A stretch of DNA of 64,000 nucleotides from the NCBI GenBank assembly GCA_017992455.1, contig JAGOOP010000001.1:123723-187722 (forward strand), written 5' to 3'. Each line of letters starts with the position of its first letter. Position 1 is the first letter of the stretch. The stretch is from Candidatus Omnitrophota bacterium. GTDB lineage: Bacteria; Omnitrophota; Gorgyraeia; Gygaellales; Profunditerraquicolaceae. A program made the translations under genes and the position numbers. This document shows, piece after piece, positions 44,405 to 54,997 of the stretch. The notes below the pieces were generated by a model that was given only the letters and a program-made list of their open reading frames with translations, did not search any database and was not told where the DNA came from.

Positions 44405-45886
44405 TCATCTGCCGAACACGCCCTTGATGATACCATCAGCGATATTGCTTGCCAGCAGCCTGTTGCCTTCATTCGTGCAATGGCCGAAATCCCCGGCGAA
44501 CATATCCGTGAATACCCCTTTTACCCCCATTTCCGCGACCGCTTTTTTGAATACCGCTTCGTTATCCACGAAAATAACGTCTTTTCCCCCCTCAAAGATC
44601 TTCTTGAGCGGAGCAACGGGACGCATGGGATATTGCGCGCACACAAGCCGCGTGCCGCGTTCATCCAGAATATCTTTCAGCGCGTGATAATTGGCAACGG
44701 TAACAGGAAGATAATAATCCGATCTTGCGCTCCGGAGCTTTTTATCGTATTCCCTTGCCAGTTCGTATTCCCCCGTTGCTTCGTATAATGACACAAGGGC
44801 TCCGAGGGCGCGATCGTCGCGTGGATGAGCGATCATCCCCTTGCGCAGAACATCTTCCGCCTGCGCGTACTTGCCCTGGTCGCGATACAGCCACCCGAGC
44901 TCGACGTACACGAGCTTATTTCGAGGATTGAGCTCTATGATCCGTTCGAACGCCGCCGCGGCCTTTGCCAATCGGCCCTGTCTGCGATAAAGCTCTGCGA
45001 GATAAAAATACGCAAGATCATCCCGGGGGTTCAGGTCCCTCCCTTTCTTGAACAAAACTTCCGCCTGACGATCATCACCGTGTTCCCGGTGTATCACTCC
45101 GAACCCAAGGTATGCCTTTTCATTCCGACGGTTTAAAAATAATGCTTTCTTGAATAATGCGGCCGCACGAGAGAACATCCTGCGATCAGCGTAAATGTGC
45201 CCCAGTTCGGCGCATGTTGTATCGTTATCGGGATCGATCTCGAGAGCCCTTCTGTACATTTCCTCTGCCTGAAGGAATCGGTGATGCATCTTATAGAAAT
45301 GCCCCAGTTCCCGGTATGCAGTATCAAGAAAGGGCTTTGATGCGATATCCCTTTTCAACGCGCGTTCAGTCGAGTCGTATTCCGTAGAAGACCCTTCGCC
45401 TGATCCCGGCAGCATGCGCAGCAACAAAAGCTTCGCCAATTTATATGTTCTCATGGACAAGATAAATCGGACGATCTCCGAATGTGTTCCCGTCCCGCGC
45501 GGCAGGGCTGAATCCCGGTCATTGATCCCCATCATCGACACGACGAGATCGGGGCGATATTCATCAAGGTACGTTCTCACGTTACTCGCAATATCTATCG
45601 AAGAAACCGCCGGGCTGCCTTTATCGATGACCCTGAACCGCACGCCTAAACCGCGCCGGTTAAGAGCATCTTCGAGGAACCGCGGGTACTGACACGAGGT
45701 GGTCGATTCTCCCAGGCACAAAATACGATAATCGCCCTTCAGTCGTACCGCCTGCCTGTTCGTGTATTCCCGTAAAAATGCCTTTATGCGTCCTTCCGCG
45801 CGCAACCCCGCCTCAAGAAAGAGGATGATCAATAAAACAATGGCCGACGATCTCTTAAAATATGTAATATATGAATGCCTGTCCAT
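44405..45886 (-). CDS. TM-anchored SGNH hydrolase-like protein split by a TPR array (paralog 2)
   Basis: CLGESTT, IDKGSPAVS and MMGINDRDS, then TPRs, then FAGDFGHCTNEGNRLLA. Its 5' end overlaps the MBOAT stop by 32 nt. Confidence 0.8.
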   Translation of the reverse strand: MDRHSYITYFKRSSAIVLLIILFLEAGLRAEGRIKAFLREYTNRQAVRLKGDYRILCLGESTTSCQYPRFLEDALNRRGLGVRFRVIDKGSPAVSSIDIASNVRTYLDEYRPDLVVSMMGINDRDSALPRGTGTHSEIVRFILSMRTYKLAKLLLLRMLPGSGEGSSTEYDSTERALKRDIASKPFLDTAYRELGHFYKMHHRFLQAEEMYRRALEIDPDNDTTCAELGHIYADRRMFSRAAALFKKALFLNRRNEKAYLGFGVIHREHGDDRQAEVLFKKGRDLNPRDDLAYFYLAELYRRQGRLAKAAAAFERIIELNPRNKLVYVELGWLYRDQGKYAQAEDVLRKGMIAHPRDDRALGALVSLYEATGEYELAREYDKKLRSARSDYYLPVTVANYHALKDILDERGTRLVCAQYPMRPVAPLKKIFEGGKDVIFVDNEAVFKKAVAEMGVKGVFTDMFAGDFGHCTNEGNRLLASNIADGIIKGVFGR

Positions 45887-47282
45887 TCGGAATGCCTTTT
45901 TTAACGATAAGATAGCAACAGACCGCGAAGAATATCGCCTGCAGCACGACGTTGGATCGCAAAATGAACATCTGGTCCTTCTTGATATACTGGATGATCT
46001 GGGTCAACACAAAAAACCATGTTACAAACAACAGCGTGGAAACGGCGGAGTAAATATCCGGGCCTGCTGCCGCCAGGTTGAAGATCAATCCGTGCAGCAT
46101 ATTCCATGCCTGCGCCATGGATTGCGCCCTGAAGATGAGCCATCCGATGCAGACAAGATGAAAAACAATGAACGCGCAGGCCAGATCCCGCGATCGTTTC
46201 AGCCAGACGTTCCTGGTCGACGGGATCATTCGCAGCAACGGTTCGAGGGCCCGGTGAATGATAAGCATCGCTCCCTGATACACTCCCCAGACAACAAATG
46301 TCCACGATGCTCCGTGCCAAAGCCCGCCCAAAAACATCACAATACCGATATTGCAATAGGTCCTGACACGACCCTTACGGTTCCCGCCGAGCGGGATATA
46401 CAAATAATCCTTGAGCCATGTGGATAAACTGATATGCCACTTTTGCCAGAACTGGCGCGGGTTAACGGCGAAATACGGCAGATCGAAATTCACCATAATA
46501 TCAAACCCCATGCATTTCCCCAGGCCGCGCGCTATGTCCGAATAGCCGGCGAAATCGCAATAGATCTGCAGCGCGAACGCGTAGATCGCCACAAGCACAG
46601 AGGCCCCGTGATACGGCGCGCTCTGAGCGAAAACAGGATCCACGATACCTGCCAGATTGTCAGCGATGAACATCTTCTGGAATAATCCCCAGAAGATCAA
46701 ATAACACCCCTGGCCGGATTTTTCCAGGGATAAAATCCGCGAAGAAGAGATCTGCGGTAAAAGATGCCTGGCTCTTTCTATAGGCCCCGCCACCAGCTGC
46801 GGAAAGAACGATACGAACAGGGCGAAATCCATGAATTTGGGTGCCGGCTTTATATCCCCGCGGTATATGTCTATGGTATAGCTCATAGTCTGGAAGGTAT
46901 AGAACGATATACCGAGCGGCAGGACTATATGCAGGGCGGCCGGATGCAGCGTGAGACCGAAATAGCCGAGGAATGCCTGGAGGCTGGCAACGAAAAAATT
47001 AAAATATTTGAAAAACCCTAAAATGGACAGATTCCCGGCAACGCTCAAAAATAAAAAAAGTTTCTTCCGTCTAATGCTCTCCGTCCCTGCGATCCCGATA
47101 CCACAGACATAATCAAGGACTGTCGAAAAAAACATCAGAAATAAGAATCTCCAGTCCCACCATCCATAGAAAACATAGCTCGCCACAAGAAGCATACGGT
47201 TCTGCCACTTGTGATCCAAAAAAATATAAAGGCCATATACAATGATAAAAAAAAGAAGGAACGCCGAAGAATTAAACAGCAT
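45855..47282 (-). CDS. MBOAT family membrane-bound O-acyltransferase (AlgI/DltB/PatA-like)
   Basis: 475-aa polytopic protein with FWQKWHISLSTWLKDYLYIPLGGNR and GGLWHGASWTFVVWG, which contains the conserved MBOAT His. Confidence 0.9.
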   Translation of the reverse strand: MLFNSSAFLLFFIIVYGLYIFLDHKWQNRMLLVASYVFYGWWDWRFLFLMFFSTVLDYVCGIGIAGTESIRRKKLFLFLSVAGNLSILGFFKYFNFFVASLQAFLGYFGLTLHPAALHIVLPLGISFYTFQTMSYTIDIYRGDIKPAPKFMDFALFVSFFPQLVAGPIERARHLLPQISSSRILSLEKSGQGCYLIFWGLFQKMFIADNLAGIVDPVFAQSAPYHGASVLVAIYAFALQIYCDFAGYSDIARGLGKCMGFDIMVNFDLPYFAVNPRQFWQKWHISLSTWLKDYLYIPLGGNRKGRVRTYCNIGIVMFLGGLWHGASWTFVVWGVYQGAMLIIHRALEPLLRMIPSTRNVWLKRSRDLACAFIVFHLVCIGWLIFRAQSMAQAWNMLHGLIFNLAAAGPDIYSAVSTLLFVTWFFVLTQIIQYIKKDQMFILRSNVVLQAIFFAVCCYLIVKKGIPNGQAFIYYIF

Positions 47283-47291
47283 GGTCCCGTG

Positions 47292-49115
47292 TCATTTATG
47301 GAATATTTCCTTTAAAATCGTATCCGCTATGTTCGCGGCCAATAACCGGTTGCCTGTTTCCGTGCAATGGCCGAAGTCTCCGGCAAACATGTCCCGAAAG
47401 TATGCTCCATAACCCGATCGATCGACCATGTCCTTGAAGCGCTTTTCATTATCCACAAATATAATCCCCTCTGCCTTTCCGTCGAAGATGCGCTTGAGCG
47501 GCCCTGCACTGCGCATGGGATACTGCACGCAAACAAGCCGTATCCCTCTCCGGTCCAGGATATCTTTCAACCGGCGATAGTTGGCAACGGTAATGGGAAG
47601 ATAATACCCCCGTCTCAATCTATGGACTTCAAGCATGCATTCTTGCGCCAATGCGCGTTCGCCCATTTCCTCGAATACTCCGGCAAGCGCTATATGGACC
47701 CGTTCATCCCAAGGGTTTAACGCGCGGGCTTTCTTGAGCGCCTCCTCTGCCTGCTTGAATCTGCCTTGTTCGCGATAGACAAACCCCAACTCGAGGCACG
47801 CACAATCATTGCGGGGATCCAATGCGATGGCCTTTTCAAAAAACATTTCGGTTTGCGGCGACATGCCCTGATCGCGATACAGCCAGCCCAAACCAAAGTA
47901 TGCGTTGTCGTTATTCGGGTTCGCGTCCAGTGATTTACGGAACGCCGCTTCCGCCCGCTCCGGCTCGCGCTGATCGCGATACAACCAGCCTAATTCTGCG
48001 TACGCTATATCATTATCGCGGTCCAATTCAATGGCTTTCCCGAAACAATCTTCGGCGTCCCCCGGCCTTCCCTGATCGAAATGAAGCCTGCCGAGTTCAA
48101 TGTAAATATCGGCGTTTTGGGGGGATATATCTTTGGCTCGCATGAACGATTCCTCCGCTAAAGCAAGCTTGCCTTGACAGCGATATATCTTTCCTAATTC
48201 GACATGAACATCTCCGTCCAGAGGATTAAGTTTTTTGGCGCGATTGAACGATTCTTCCGCCGAGGCATAGTCGCCCTGATTGCCATAAAGCTTCCCGAAT
48301 CCGATATGCGCTTGAGCATTGTAAGGATTCAATGCCACGGCGCGATCGAGCATATCCCGGGCCTGAGAAAGTTTGTGCTCATCGCAATAAAGAAGCCCCA
48401 GCGCAGCGCATGCATCGTCATTGCGGCCGTTGATCTCCAAAGCCTTCTTAAATAATTGCTCGGCCTGACTGGATCTGGCCTGCGCGCAGCGCGCCCACCC
48501 CAATGTAACGCACAAATCATCATTGCCGGGGCCGGACGCAGCGGCGCGCGCCAAAACTCCGCGGTCAGGAATGTTGCTGCCGCGCGACACAGCCGGCCCT
48601 TTTTCTTTCGTTTTCGTCCTGATATGCAGCCACAATAATCTCGCTAATTTATATATTCTAAACGTTTTGAGATGCGCCGCGAGCTTCGAAGACGCAGCGG
48701 TTTCGCGCGGCATATGCTTCCCGGCATCGTTGATACCCATCATCGTGATCACGATATCCGGCCGGTATTCATCCAGCTGATGCTCGAGGAGATTTAACAG
48801 GGTCGTCGTGCTTGTCGCCGCCCTGCCTTTATCAATGACGCTAAAACGCACGCCGATATCGCGTCCATTCAAGATCTCTTCCAGAAACCGAGGATATTGG
48901 CCTTCGGTAGTGGATTCTCCCAGGCACATAATACGACACGCGCCTTTCTGCTGTATCGACCGCCGGTTCCGGTACTCCTGCATGGAAACCAGAAGAAATC
49001 CTCCAAAGCGCATGGAGATCTCCAGAAGAACCGCAAATATGCATATGCCGGCGGCAATAAGGGCTATTTTAGCATTGCGCGTCGGCCCCTTACAGGACGT
49101 GCATTCGTTCAGCAT
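47292..49115 (-). CDS. TM-anchored SGNH hydrolase-like protein split by a TPR array (paralog 3)
   Basis: CLGESTT, IDKGRAATS and MMGINDAGK, then TPRs, then FAGDFGHCTETGNRLLA. The start is probably MLNECTS at 49115 behind an AGGAG Shine-Dalgarno (the ORF track starts at 49130). Confidence 0.8.
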   Translation of the reverse strand: MLNECTSCKGPTRNAKIALIAAGICIFAVLLEISMRFGGFLLVSMQEYRNRRSIQQKGACRIMCLGESTTEGQYPRFLEEILNGRDIGVRFSVIDKGRAATSTTTLLNLLEHQLDEYRPDIVITMMGINDAGKHMPRETAASSKLAAHLKTFRIYKLARLLWLHIRTKTKEKGPAVSRGSNIPDRGVLARAAASGPGNDDLCVTLGWARCAQARSSQAEQLFKKALEINGRNDDACAALGLLYCDEHKLSQARDMLDRAVALNPYNAQAHIGFGKLYGNQGDYASAEESFNRAKKLNPLDGDVHVELGKIYRCQGKLALAEESFMRAKDISPQNADIYIELGRLHFDQGRPGDAEDCFGKAIELDRDNDIAYAELGWLYRDQREPERAEAAFRKSLDANPNNDNAYFGLGWLYRDQGMSPQTEMFFEKAIALDPRNDCACLELGFVYREQGRFKQAEEALKKARALNPWDERVHIALAGVFEEMGERALAQECMLEVHRLRRGYYLPITVANYRRLKDILDRRGIRLVCVQYPMRSAGPLKRIFDGKAEGIIFVDNEKRFKDMVDRSGYGAYFRDMFAGDFGHCTETGNRLLAANIADTILKEIFHK

Positions 49116-49223
49116 GACGCTCCTATACATTCACGATCATCGTAATATTGTATTATACCATCGCCCCTTTGGAATAAAAATAATTTTGTGCCGCGCATTG
49201 CACGATCGGCTCTTGCCGGACCG

Positions 49224-49270
49224 CTCAAGATCTAAAACATCTTGAGATAACATTTCCTGCGAGCTATAAT
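49224..49270 (+). promoter_or_regulatory. Sigma70-like promoter with overlapping inverted-repeat operator for the XRE-cupin regulator gene
   Basis: TTGAGA (49242-49247)-N17-TATAAT (49265-49270). The perfect 8-bp inverted repeat CTCAAGAT-N7-ATCTTGAG (49224-49246) overlaps the -35. Confidence 0.55.
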
Positions 49271-49301
49271 ATACGAAATTACGCGTAACCAAGGAGACCG
49301 C

Positions 49302-49856
49302 ATGTCAGAAAAACTCAGGGCCATTGCCGAACGGATCACGGAACTGCGCCAGATCGCCGGGCTGTCGGTGGAACAGCTCGCTGCCGAATTCAAGATCGCG
49401 CCGGACCTGTATCAGAAATATGAGTCCGCAAGCGCCGATATCCCGGTCAGCCTCCTCTACGAGCTGGCCCAGAAGTTCAATGTGGAGCTGACAACCCTGC
49501 TGACCGGCGATGAGCCGCGCCTGCACGGGTACTGTCTCGTCCGCAAAGGCACCGGCCCGTCCGCAGACCGGAGAAAAGAATACGCATATCAGGACCTCGC
49601 GTTCAATTTCGCCAACAAGAAGGCCGAGGTTTTCCTCGTCACGGTCGAAGCCAAATCCCCGGCGACGGACATCCATTATAATGCCCATCCGGGGCAGGAA
49701 TTCACCTATATGCTCGACGGGGACATGACGGTCGTCCTGGACGACCACGAGCTCGAGATGCATCCGGGCGACTCCCTGTATTTCAATTCGGACATGAAAC
49801 ACGCCATGACCGCCCTGCACGGGAAGCCTGCGCGTTTCCTGGCGTTCATCATATAA
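49302..49856 (+). CDS. XRE-family HTH plus cupin domain transcriptional regulator
   Basis: The HTH is [26 protein letters not shown] and the C-terminal cupin is [18 protein letters not shown]...[14 protein letters not shown]. Confidence 0.85.
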   Translation: MSEKLRAIAERITELRQIAGLSVEQLAAEFKIAPDLYQKYESASADIPVSLLYELAQKFNVELTTLLTGDEPRLHGYCLVRKGTGPSADRRKEYAYQDLAFNFANKKAEVFLVTVEAKSPATDIHYNAHPGQEFTYMLDGDMTVVLDDHELEMHPGDSLYFNSDMKHAMTALHGKPARFLAFII

Positions 49857-49885
49857 ACATCCACCTGCGGAACAAAGGACGCCCC

Positions 49886-51547
49886 ATGCTTGAAAAATTC
49901 GTCAAAGGAACGTTCAAATCATACGAAGATTTCTGCCGGGATTTCAAAATAACGGTCCCAACGCATTTCAATTTCGCGTACGACGTCGTCGCGGAATATG
50001 CGCGCACGGAACCCGGCAAGACAGCCCTGGTCTGGTGCAATGACAAAGGCAAAGAAGCCTCGTTCACGTTCGCGCAGCTGGACGCGCAGGTCAATAAGAC
50101 GGCGAACCTTCTAAGCGGGCTGGGGATCGCCAAGGGCGACCCGGTCATGCTCATGCTCAAGCGCCATTATGAATACTGGTTCTGCCTCCTGGCCCTCCAC
50201 AAGCTCGGAGCGGTCGCGATCCCGGCCACGCATCTGCTGAAAACCAAAGATATCATTTACCGGAACAATGCCGCGGGCGTCAAAATGATCATCTGCGTCG
50301 ATGAGCCGGAACTCCTCGAGCAGGTCGATCTGGCGCGTAAAGAATCGCGGACGCTCATCAGCCGGATGGTCGTCGGCGGGCAGTACAAGGACTGGATATG
50401 CTATGACGACGCGGTCGAAAAGCAGCCTGCCGTTTTCGCGCGGCCGGCGGGCGCGCAGGCGGCGAAAAACACGGATATCATGCTCCTTTATTTCACCTCC
50501 GGCACGACCGGCATGCCCAAAATGGTCCAGCATAATTTTACCTATCCGCTCGGCCACATCATCACGGCGAAATACTGGCAGAACGTCAGGAATAACGGCC
50601 TGCACCTGACCGTTTCCGATACGGGCTGGGCAAAAGCCGCGTGGGGCAAGATTTACGGACAATGGATCGCGGGGACCGCCGTGTTCGTCTATGACTACGA
50701 TAAATTCGTGCCGAAAAACCTGCTCGAGGTAGTAACGAAGAACGGCGTCACGACCTTCTGCGCGCCGCCGACCGTGTTCCGGTATCTCATCAAGGAAGAC
50801 CTGACCAAATACGATTTCCGAAAGCTCGAGTATTGCGTTGTGGCAGGAGAGCCCCTGAACCCTGAAGTATACAACCAGTTCCTCAGGATGACGGGCGTGA
50901 AACTCATGGAAGGATACGGCCAGACTGAAACCGTCGTTCAGATCGCGACCTATCCGTGGATCGAACCGCGGCCGGGCTCCATGGGCAAGCCCTCTCCCAC
51001 GTACGATATAGACCTCGTCAATGACAAGGGCGTATCCTGCCAGGCAGGAGAAGAAGGGCAGATCGTCATCAGGACGGATAAACGAAAACCCGCCGGCATG
51101 TTCGACGGGTATTACCGAGACGCAGCGCTCACGAAAAGCGTCTGGCATAACGGGATTTACTATACCGGGGACATGGCATGGCGGGACGAGGACGGCTATT
51201 TCTGGTTCGTCGGACGGGCTGATGACGTGATCAAAAGTTCCGGGTACCGCATCGGGCCGTTCGAGGTCGAATCGGCGCTCCTGGAACACCCGGCGGTGCT
51301 TGAATGCGCGATCACCGCGGTCCCCGATCCCGACCGGGGGCAGATCGTCAAAGCGACGGTCGTGCTCACCAAAAACTATACCGCCGGCGATACGCTCGTG
51401 ACCGAATTACAGGAACACGTGAAAAAAGTCACCGCGCCGTATAAATATCCCCGGATCATCGAGTTCGTGAAGGAACTGCCCAAAACGATAAGCGGAAAGA
51501 TACGCAGGGTGGAGATCAGGGAGAACGACAGAAACAGCCTGTTGTAA
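49886..51547 (+). CDS. AMP-forming acyl-CoA synthetase (medium-chain/ACSM-like)
   Basis: [23 protein letters not shown] and [38 protein letters not shown], with SGKIRR at the C-terminal end. Confidence 0.9.
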   Translation: MLEKFVKGTFKSYEDFCRDFKITVPTHFNFAYDVVAEYARTEPGKTALVWCNDKGKEASFTFAQLDAQVNKTANLLSGLGIAKGDPVMLMLKRHYEYWFCLLALHKLGAVAIPATHLLKTKDIIYRNNAAGVKMIICVDEPELLEQVDLARKESRTLISRMVVGGQYKDWICYDDAVEKQPAVFARPAGAQAAKNTDIMLLYFTSGTTGMPKMVQHNFTYPLGHIITAKYWQNVRNNGLHLTVSDTGWAKAAWGKIYGQWIAGTAVFVYDYDKFVPKNLLEVVTKNGVTTFCAPPTVFRYLIKEDLTKYDFRKLEYCVVAGEPLNPEVYNQFLRMTGVKLMEGYGQTETVVQIATYPWIEPRPGSMGKPSPTYDIDLVNDKGVSCQAGEEGQIVIRTDKRKPAGMFDGYYRDAALTKSVWHNGIYYTGDMAWRDEDGYFWFVGRADDVIKSSGYRIGPFEVESALLEHPAVLECAITAVPDPDRGQIVKATVVLTKNYTAGDTLVTELQEHVKKVTAPYKYPRIIEFVKELPKTISGKIRRVEIRENDRNSLL

Positions 51548-51553
51548 CGGTCC

Positions 51554-51832
51554 TTACCAGAGATTTTCCTGAAGCCAGGAGTCCGCGGCAGTTGTCCTGC
51601 GCTTCGGCGCCGCCGCGCGGCCGCCGGCGTCCTCAAGAACCTCGTATTCCTCATCCGCGCCGGCGCTATTCACATCGACCGGCGTTGTTTTTTTACCGAG
51701 CGTGCCCGCATGGGTAATATAGGCCACATCGGACGACGTCATCCTGCCGGTACCGAACGCCCCGATGGTTTCGCAGCCGCAGAAAACCGCACACGCCGCC
51801 ATGACCGCATAGACCGCTTTATGCCGCGCCAT
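51554..51832 (-). CDS. Small putative lipoprotein, unknown function
   Basis: Start MARHKAVYAVMAACAVFCGC, a lipobox-like signal. I recognise no family. Confidence 0.4.
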   Translation of the reverse strand: MARHKAVYAVMAACAVFCGCETIGAFGTGRMTSSDVAYITHAGTLGKKTTPVDVNSAGADEEYEVLEDAGGRAAAPKRRTTAADSWLQENLW

Positions 51833-51856
51833 TAAACCTCCGTGCGTCACGAGACA

Positions 51857-52165
51857 TCATGACAGCAAAAGCATATTATCGATGCCGAAATCGAGGCCGA
51901 CCTCCCACGTGCCGTGTCCGACCTGCGCGCACCACGCAACATGCGCCTGTTTACGGATACGGCGCCTGGAGAGAAAAGGCAGGTCGAAAAGGATCGTAAG
52001 CGTATCGTTGACGGCAAACCGCTGATATCCCAGGATAGCGGCGCCCCGAGCGGAGATATTCTCCATCAGCACCGCCGCGGGCTCTTCCGAAACGCGCCGC
52101 ACCCATGCGGTCGAATGGGTCTCATACCGATTATACATCCGTCTGCATGCCGATGTGTACGCCAT
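51857..52165 (-). CDS. PilZ domain protein
   Basis: RRMYNR (RxxxR) and NISARG (D/NxSxxG) are spaced as in c-di-GMP-binding PilZ domains. Confidence 0.6.
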   Translation of the reverse strand: MAYTSACRRMYNRYETHSTAWVRRVSEEPAAVLMENISARGAAILGYQRFAVNDTLTILFDLPFLSRRRIRKQAHVAWCAQVGHGTWEVGLDFGIDNMLLLS

Positions 52166-52171
52166 TCCTTG

Positions 52172-52579
52172 CTACGCGGAATTTCCGATAAAACTGGCGA
52201 TCTCTCCCCGGTCCTGCGTTTCGACTTTCCGGAACACGATCCCCAGGCGGTACTCGTTATTGGACAGGGTATGGCGGTACCGGACCTCTCCGACGATATC
52301 CATCGGCCCGTAGAAGCTGACGTCTTCGTTATCGACCTTGAACAGCGTGAATTTCAGGGACAGGACCGACCCTTCGGGAATGTCGTGGCTGGAAAGAATG
52401 GATACGCCCCCTTCGCTCAGATCGATCATCGTTGCGCGGATCTCCTGATTCTCGATCTGCATGCGGGCCTTGGCAGTCTTATCAACGCGGAATAGAATGG
52501 CGAGATTCACCCGGAGGCGCTTGAACACGCGGCGTTCCTGTCCCGGACCGGTATTATTCGGCATTTCCCCCTCCTGCAC
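52172..52579 (-). CDS. PilZ domain protein
   Basis: QERRVFKR (RxxxR) and DLSEGG (DxSxxG). Confidence 0.7.
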   Translation of the reverse strand: MQEGEMPNNTGPGQERRVFKRLRVNLAILFRVDKTAKARMQIENQEIRATMIDLSEGGVSILSSHDIPEGSVLSLKFTLFKVDNEDVSFYGPMDIVGEVRYRHTLSNNEYRLGIVFRKVETQDRGEIASFIGNSA

Positions 52580-52968
52580 TAATCTTTTAAAAGTTTTTCG
52601 AGCAATTTCTTCGATGTCGTGGAAACGTTTTTTTCAAGCTGGTTCACGGCCGCTTCGCGCTGCTCCAGGTCCTGGCGGGCCTGCTGTAGCTGGCGCTCGG
52701 CGGCATCGAGTTTATGGGACAGGTTCTGCACCTGCATCTCGAGCATCGCGATATCGTTCCTGCTGCCCGACATATGGCGTGTATAATCGAGGTACCCGAC
52801 CGACGCCGCGGCGCCGAGCAAAAAAACGATAAGCCCGAGCCAGATAACGCATGTTTTCCAGAAGGTCACCAGACGGACCAGCTGCGCATATTTCGTCTTA
52901 TACGCCACGACAAGCTGTTTGTAATCCGCAAGCGCATAGACCAGATCGGACTTTTCTTTATGGGCCAT
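52579..52968 (-). CDS. Membrane-anchored coiled-coil protein, unknown function
   Basis: One TM helix (CVIWLGLIVFLLGAAASVGYL) followed by a coiled coil. It shares a stop/start nucleotide junction with the PilZ gene. Confidence 0.5.
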   Translation of the reverse strand: MAHKEKSDLVYALADYKQLVVAYKTKYAQLVRLVTFWKTCVIWLGLIVFLLGAAASVGYLDYTRHMSGSRNDIAMLEMQVQNLSHKLDAAERQLQQARQDLEQREAAVNQLEKNVSTTSKKLLEKLLKD

Positions 52969-53025
52969 AAACTAATTATACTATAATTTGCCGATTTTAA
53001 AGCGCTTTTTTTGTCCCCGGCCGTT

Positions 53026-53580
53026 TTATTTCATAAGCGACAGCGTTTCAGCCCGGGTCTTCTCATTTTTCTGGAACACGCCGCGCACCGCAGAGGTCAC
53101 CGTCAGCGTTCCGGGCTTCTTCACCCCGCGCATCGACATGCACAGATGCTCTGCCTCGATGACCACCATGCAGCCCCGCGGTTTCAACTTGGACATGATG
53201 ATGTCGGCGATCTGGCTCGTCAGCCGCTCCTGGACCTGCGGCCTTCGCGAAAGGATATCGACGACACGCGCCAGCTTGCTCAACCCCGTCACCCTGCCGT
53301 TCTTCGGGATGTACGCGATATTTGCCCTGCCGATGAACGGAAGAAGATGATGCTCGCACACGCTGTACAAAGGGATCCCTTTGAGCAGGACGATCTCTTC
53401 GTGCTTCTGGTCAAGGACCACTTCGAGTTCCCGCGCCGGGTCCCTGCCGATGCCTTCAAAGATCTCCTCATACATCTGGGCAACCCGCCGCGGGGTCTCA
53501 CGAAGGTCCTTCCGGCCGGGATCATCGCCGATCGCTCTCAAGATATCACCGACCGCTTTTTCGATCCTCTTCACGTCCAT
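53026..53580 (-). CDS. folE: GTP cyclohydrolase I
   Basis: [36 protein letters not shown]...[15 protein letters not shown]. Confidence 0.93.
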   Translation of the reverse strand: MDVKRIEKAVGDILRAIGDDPGRKDLRETPRRVAQMYEEIFEGIGRDPARELEVVLDQKHEEIVLLKGIPLYSVCEHHLLPFIGRANIAYIPKNGRVTGLSKLARVVDILSRRPQVQERLTSQIADIIMSKLKPRGCMVVIEAEHLCMSMRGVKKPGTLTVTSAVRGVFQKNEKTRAETLSLMK

Positions 53581-53590
53581 ATATTCTCTC

Positions 53591-54997
53591 CTATTTTCCG
53601 ATGCAGAACCGGCTAAAAATGGAATCCAACAAATCCTCGGAAAACCTCCTGCCCAGAAGCTCGTCGATCGCGCCGAGAGCGTCCCTGATATGCTGAGCGG
53701 TCAGTTCCGCCGATACGCCATTATCCAGCGAAACGCGCGCGCGGGCAATGCTTTTCCGGGCCTCCTTTAATTCCCTGATATGGCGCATATTGCTGACGAA
53801 CACGGGCTCCGCGAACTCGACGCTGCCCCCGAAAACAAAGGATGCGACCGCGTCTTCAAGCGCATCGATATTGCGAAGCTTTTTCGCGCTTACCTCGACC
53901 ACGCGCGTAAATCTGCCCGCGAGGTCTTCCCTCTTCAGCCTGCGCCTGCGGTCGATCTTATTGATCACCGCGATCGTCCTGGACGTGCCGACAAAACGCA
54001 TCATCGACCGGATATGCCTGTCAAGCGGGATGGTCCCGTCAAATACCAGCACGACCAGGTCCGCCTGCCTGATGCATTCCCGCGCCCGCGCAACGGCCTT
54101 GCGCTCGACAAGGTCCCGGGGCTCAAGAAGCCCCGCGGTGTCCATGATGCGGATAGGGATACCCCGGATATCGATATACTCTTCGATGACGTCGCGCGTC
54201 GTGCCCGCGACGGGCGTGACGATTGAGCGCTCTTTTTCCAAAAGCGCGTTCAATAACGAGGATTTGCCCGCATTCGGCCTGCCGCAGATCACCGTGCGCA
54301 CGCCCTCGCGCATGACCCTGCCGCAGCGCGCCTGTTCGAGAAGCCTGCGCAGTTCACTGTCCAGGTCCCGGGCCTGTTTTTCGAGCCGGACCGTATCTGC
54401 GGGTTCGATGTCCTCGTCGGGAAAATCAATGTGCGCCTCGAGGACCGCCAGGATACGGATGAGCCGCGCGCGCAATCCCGACACGCGGCGGGACAGAACA
54501 CCACGCAGCTGCCGCACGCCGGTCGCCAGCGCCGCGTCTGTCTTTGCCCTGATGACGTCGAGGACCGCTTCCGCCTGCGACAGGTCGATCCGGCCGTTCA
54601 GAAAAGCGCGCCGGGTGAACTCGCCGGGCTCGGCGATCCGTGCTCCCGCGTCGCACACCAGCTCCAGAACCCTTCGCAGCGCCACGATCCCTCCGTGGCA
54701 GTTGATCTCGACGACATCCTCGCGCGTGAACGTGCGGGGGCCGCGCATCACCGTTACGAGGACTTCGTCGATGACCGACCTGTTCCGGCATGCGTCCGGA
54801 CCGGCGCCGGGACCGACGATCCAGCCGTAACGGATCGTGTGCGTGGCCTGAGCGGCAAGCCGGACCCTGTCCCGGGACCGAAAAACCGCATCCGCGATCT
54901 CGATCGCCCGTGCTCCGCTCATGCGGACAATGCCGATGCCTGCCTCTCCGGCAGCGGTCGCAATCGCCGCTATCGTATCATCGTTATGATATCTCAT
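53591..54997 (-). CDS. mnmE: tRNA modification GTPase MnmE
   Basis: [22 protein letters not shown], the G-domain motifs [12 protein letters not shown] and DTAG, and the C-terminal FCIGK. Confidence 0.95.
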   Translation of the reverse strand: MRYHNDDTIAAIATAAGEAGIGIVRMSGARAIEIADAVFRSRDRVRLAAQATHTIRYGWIVGPGAGPDACRNRSVIDEVLVTVMRGPRTFTREDVVEINCHGGIVALRRVLELVCDAGARIAEPGEFTRRAFLNGRIDLSQAEAVLDVIRAKTDAALATGVRQLRGVLSRRVSGLRARLIRILAVLEAHIDFPDEDIEPADTVRLEKQARDLDSELRRLLEQARCGRVMREGVRTVICGRPNAGKSSLLNALLEKERSIVTPVAGTTRDVIEEYIDIRGIPIRIMDTAGLLEPRDLVERKAVARARECIRQADLVVLVFDGTIPLDRHIRSMMRFVGTSRTIAVINKIDRRRRLKREDLAGRFTRVVEVSAKKLRNIDALEDAVASFVFGGSVEFAEPVFVSNMRHIRELKEARKSIARARVSLDNGVSAELTAQHIRDALGAIDELLGRRFSEDLLDSIFSRFCIGK

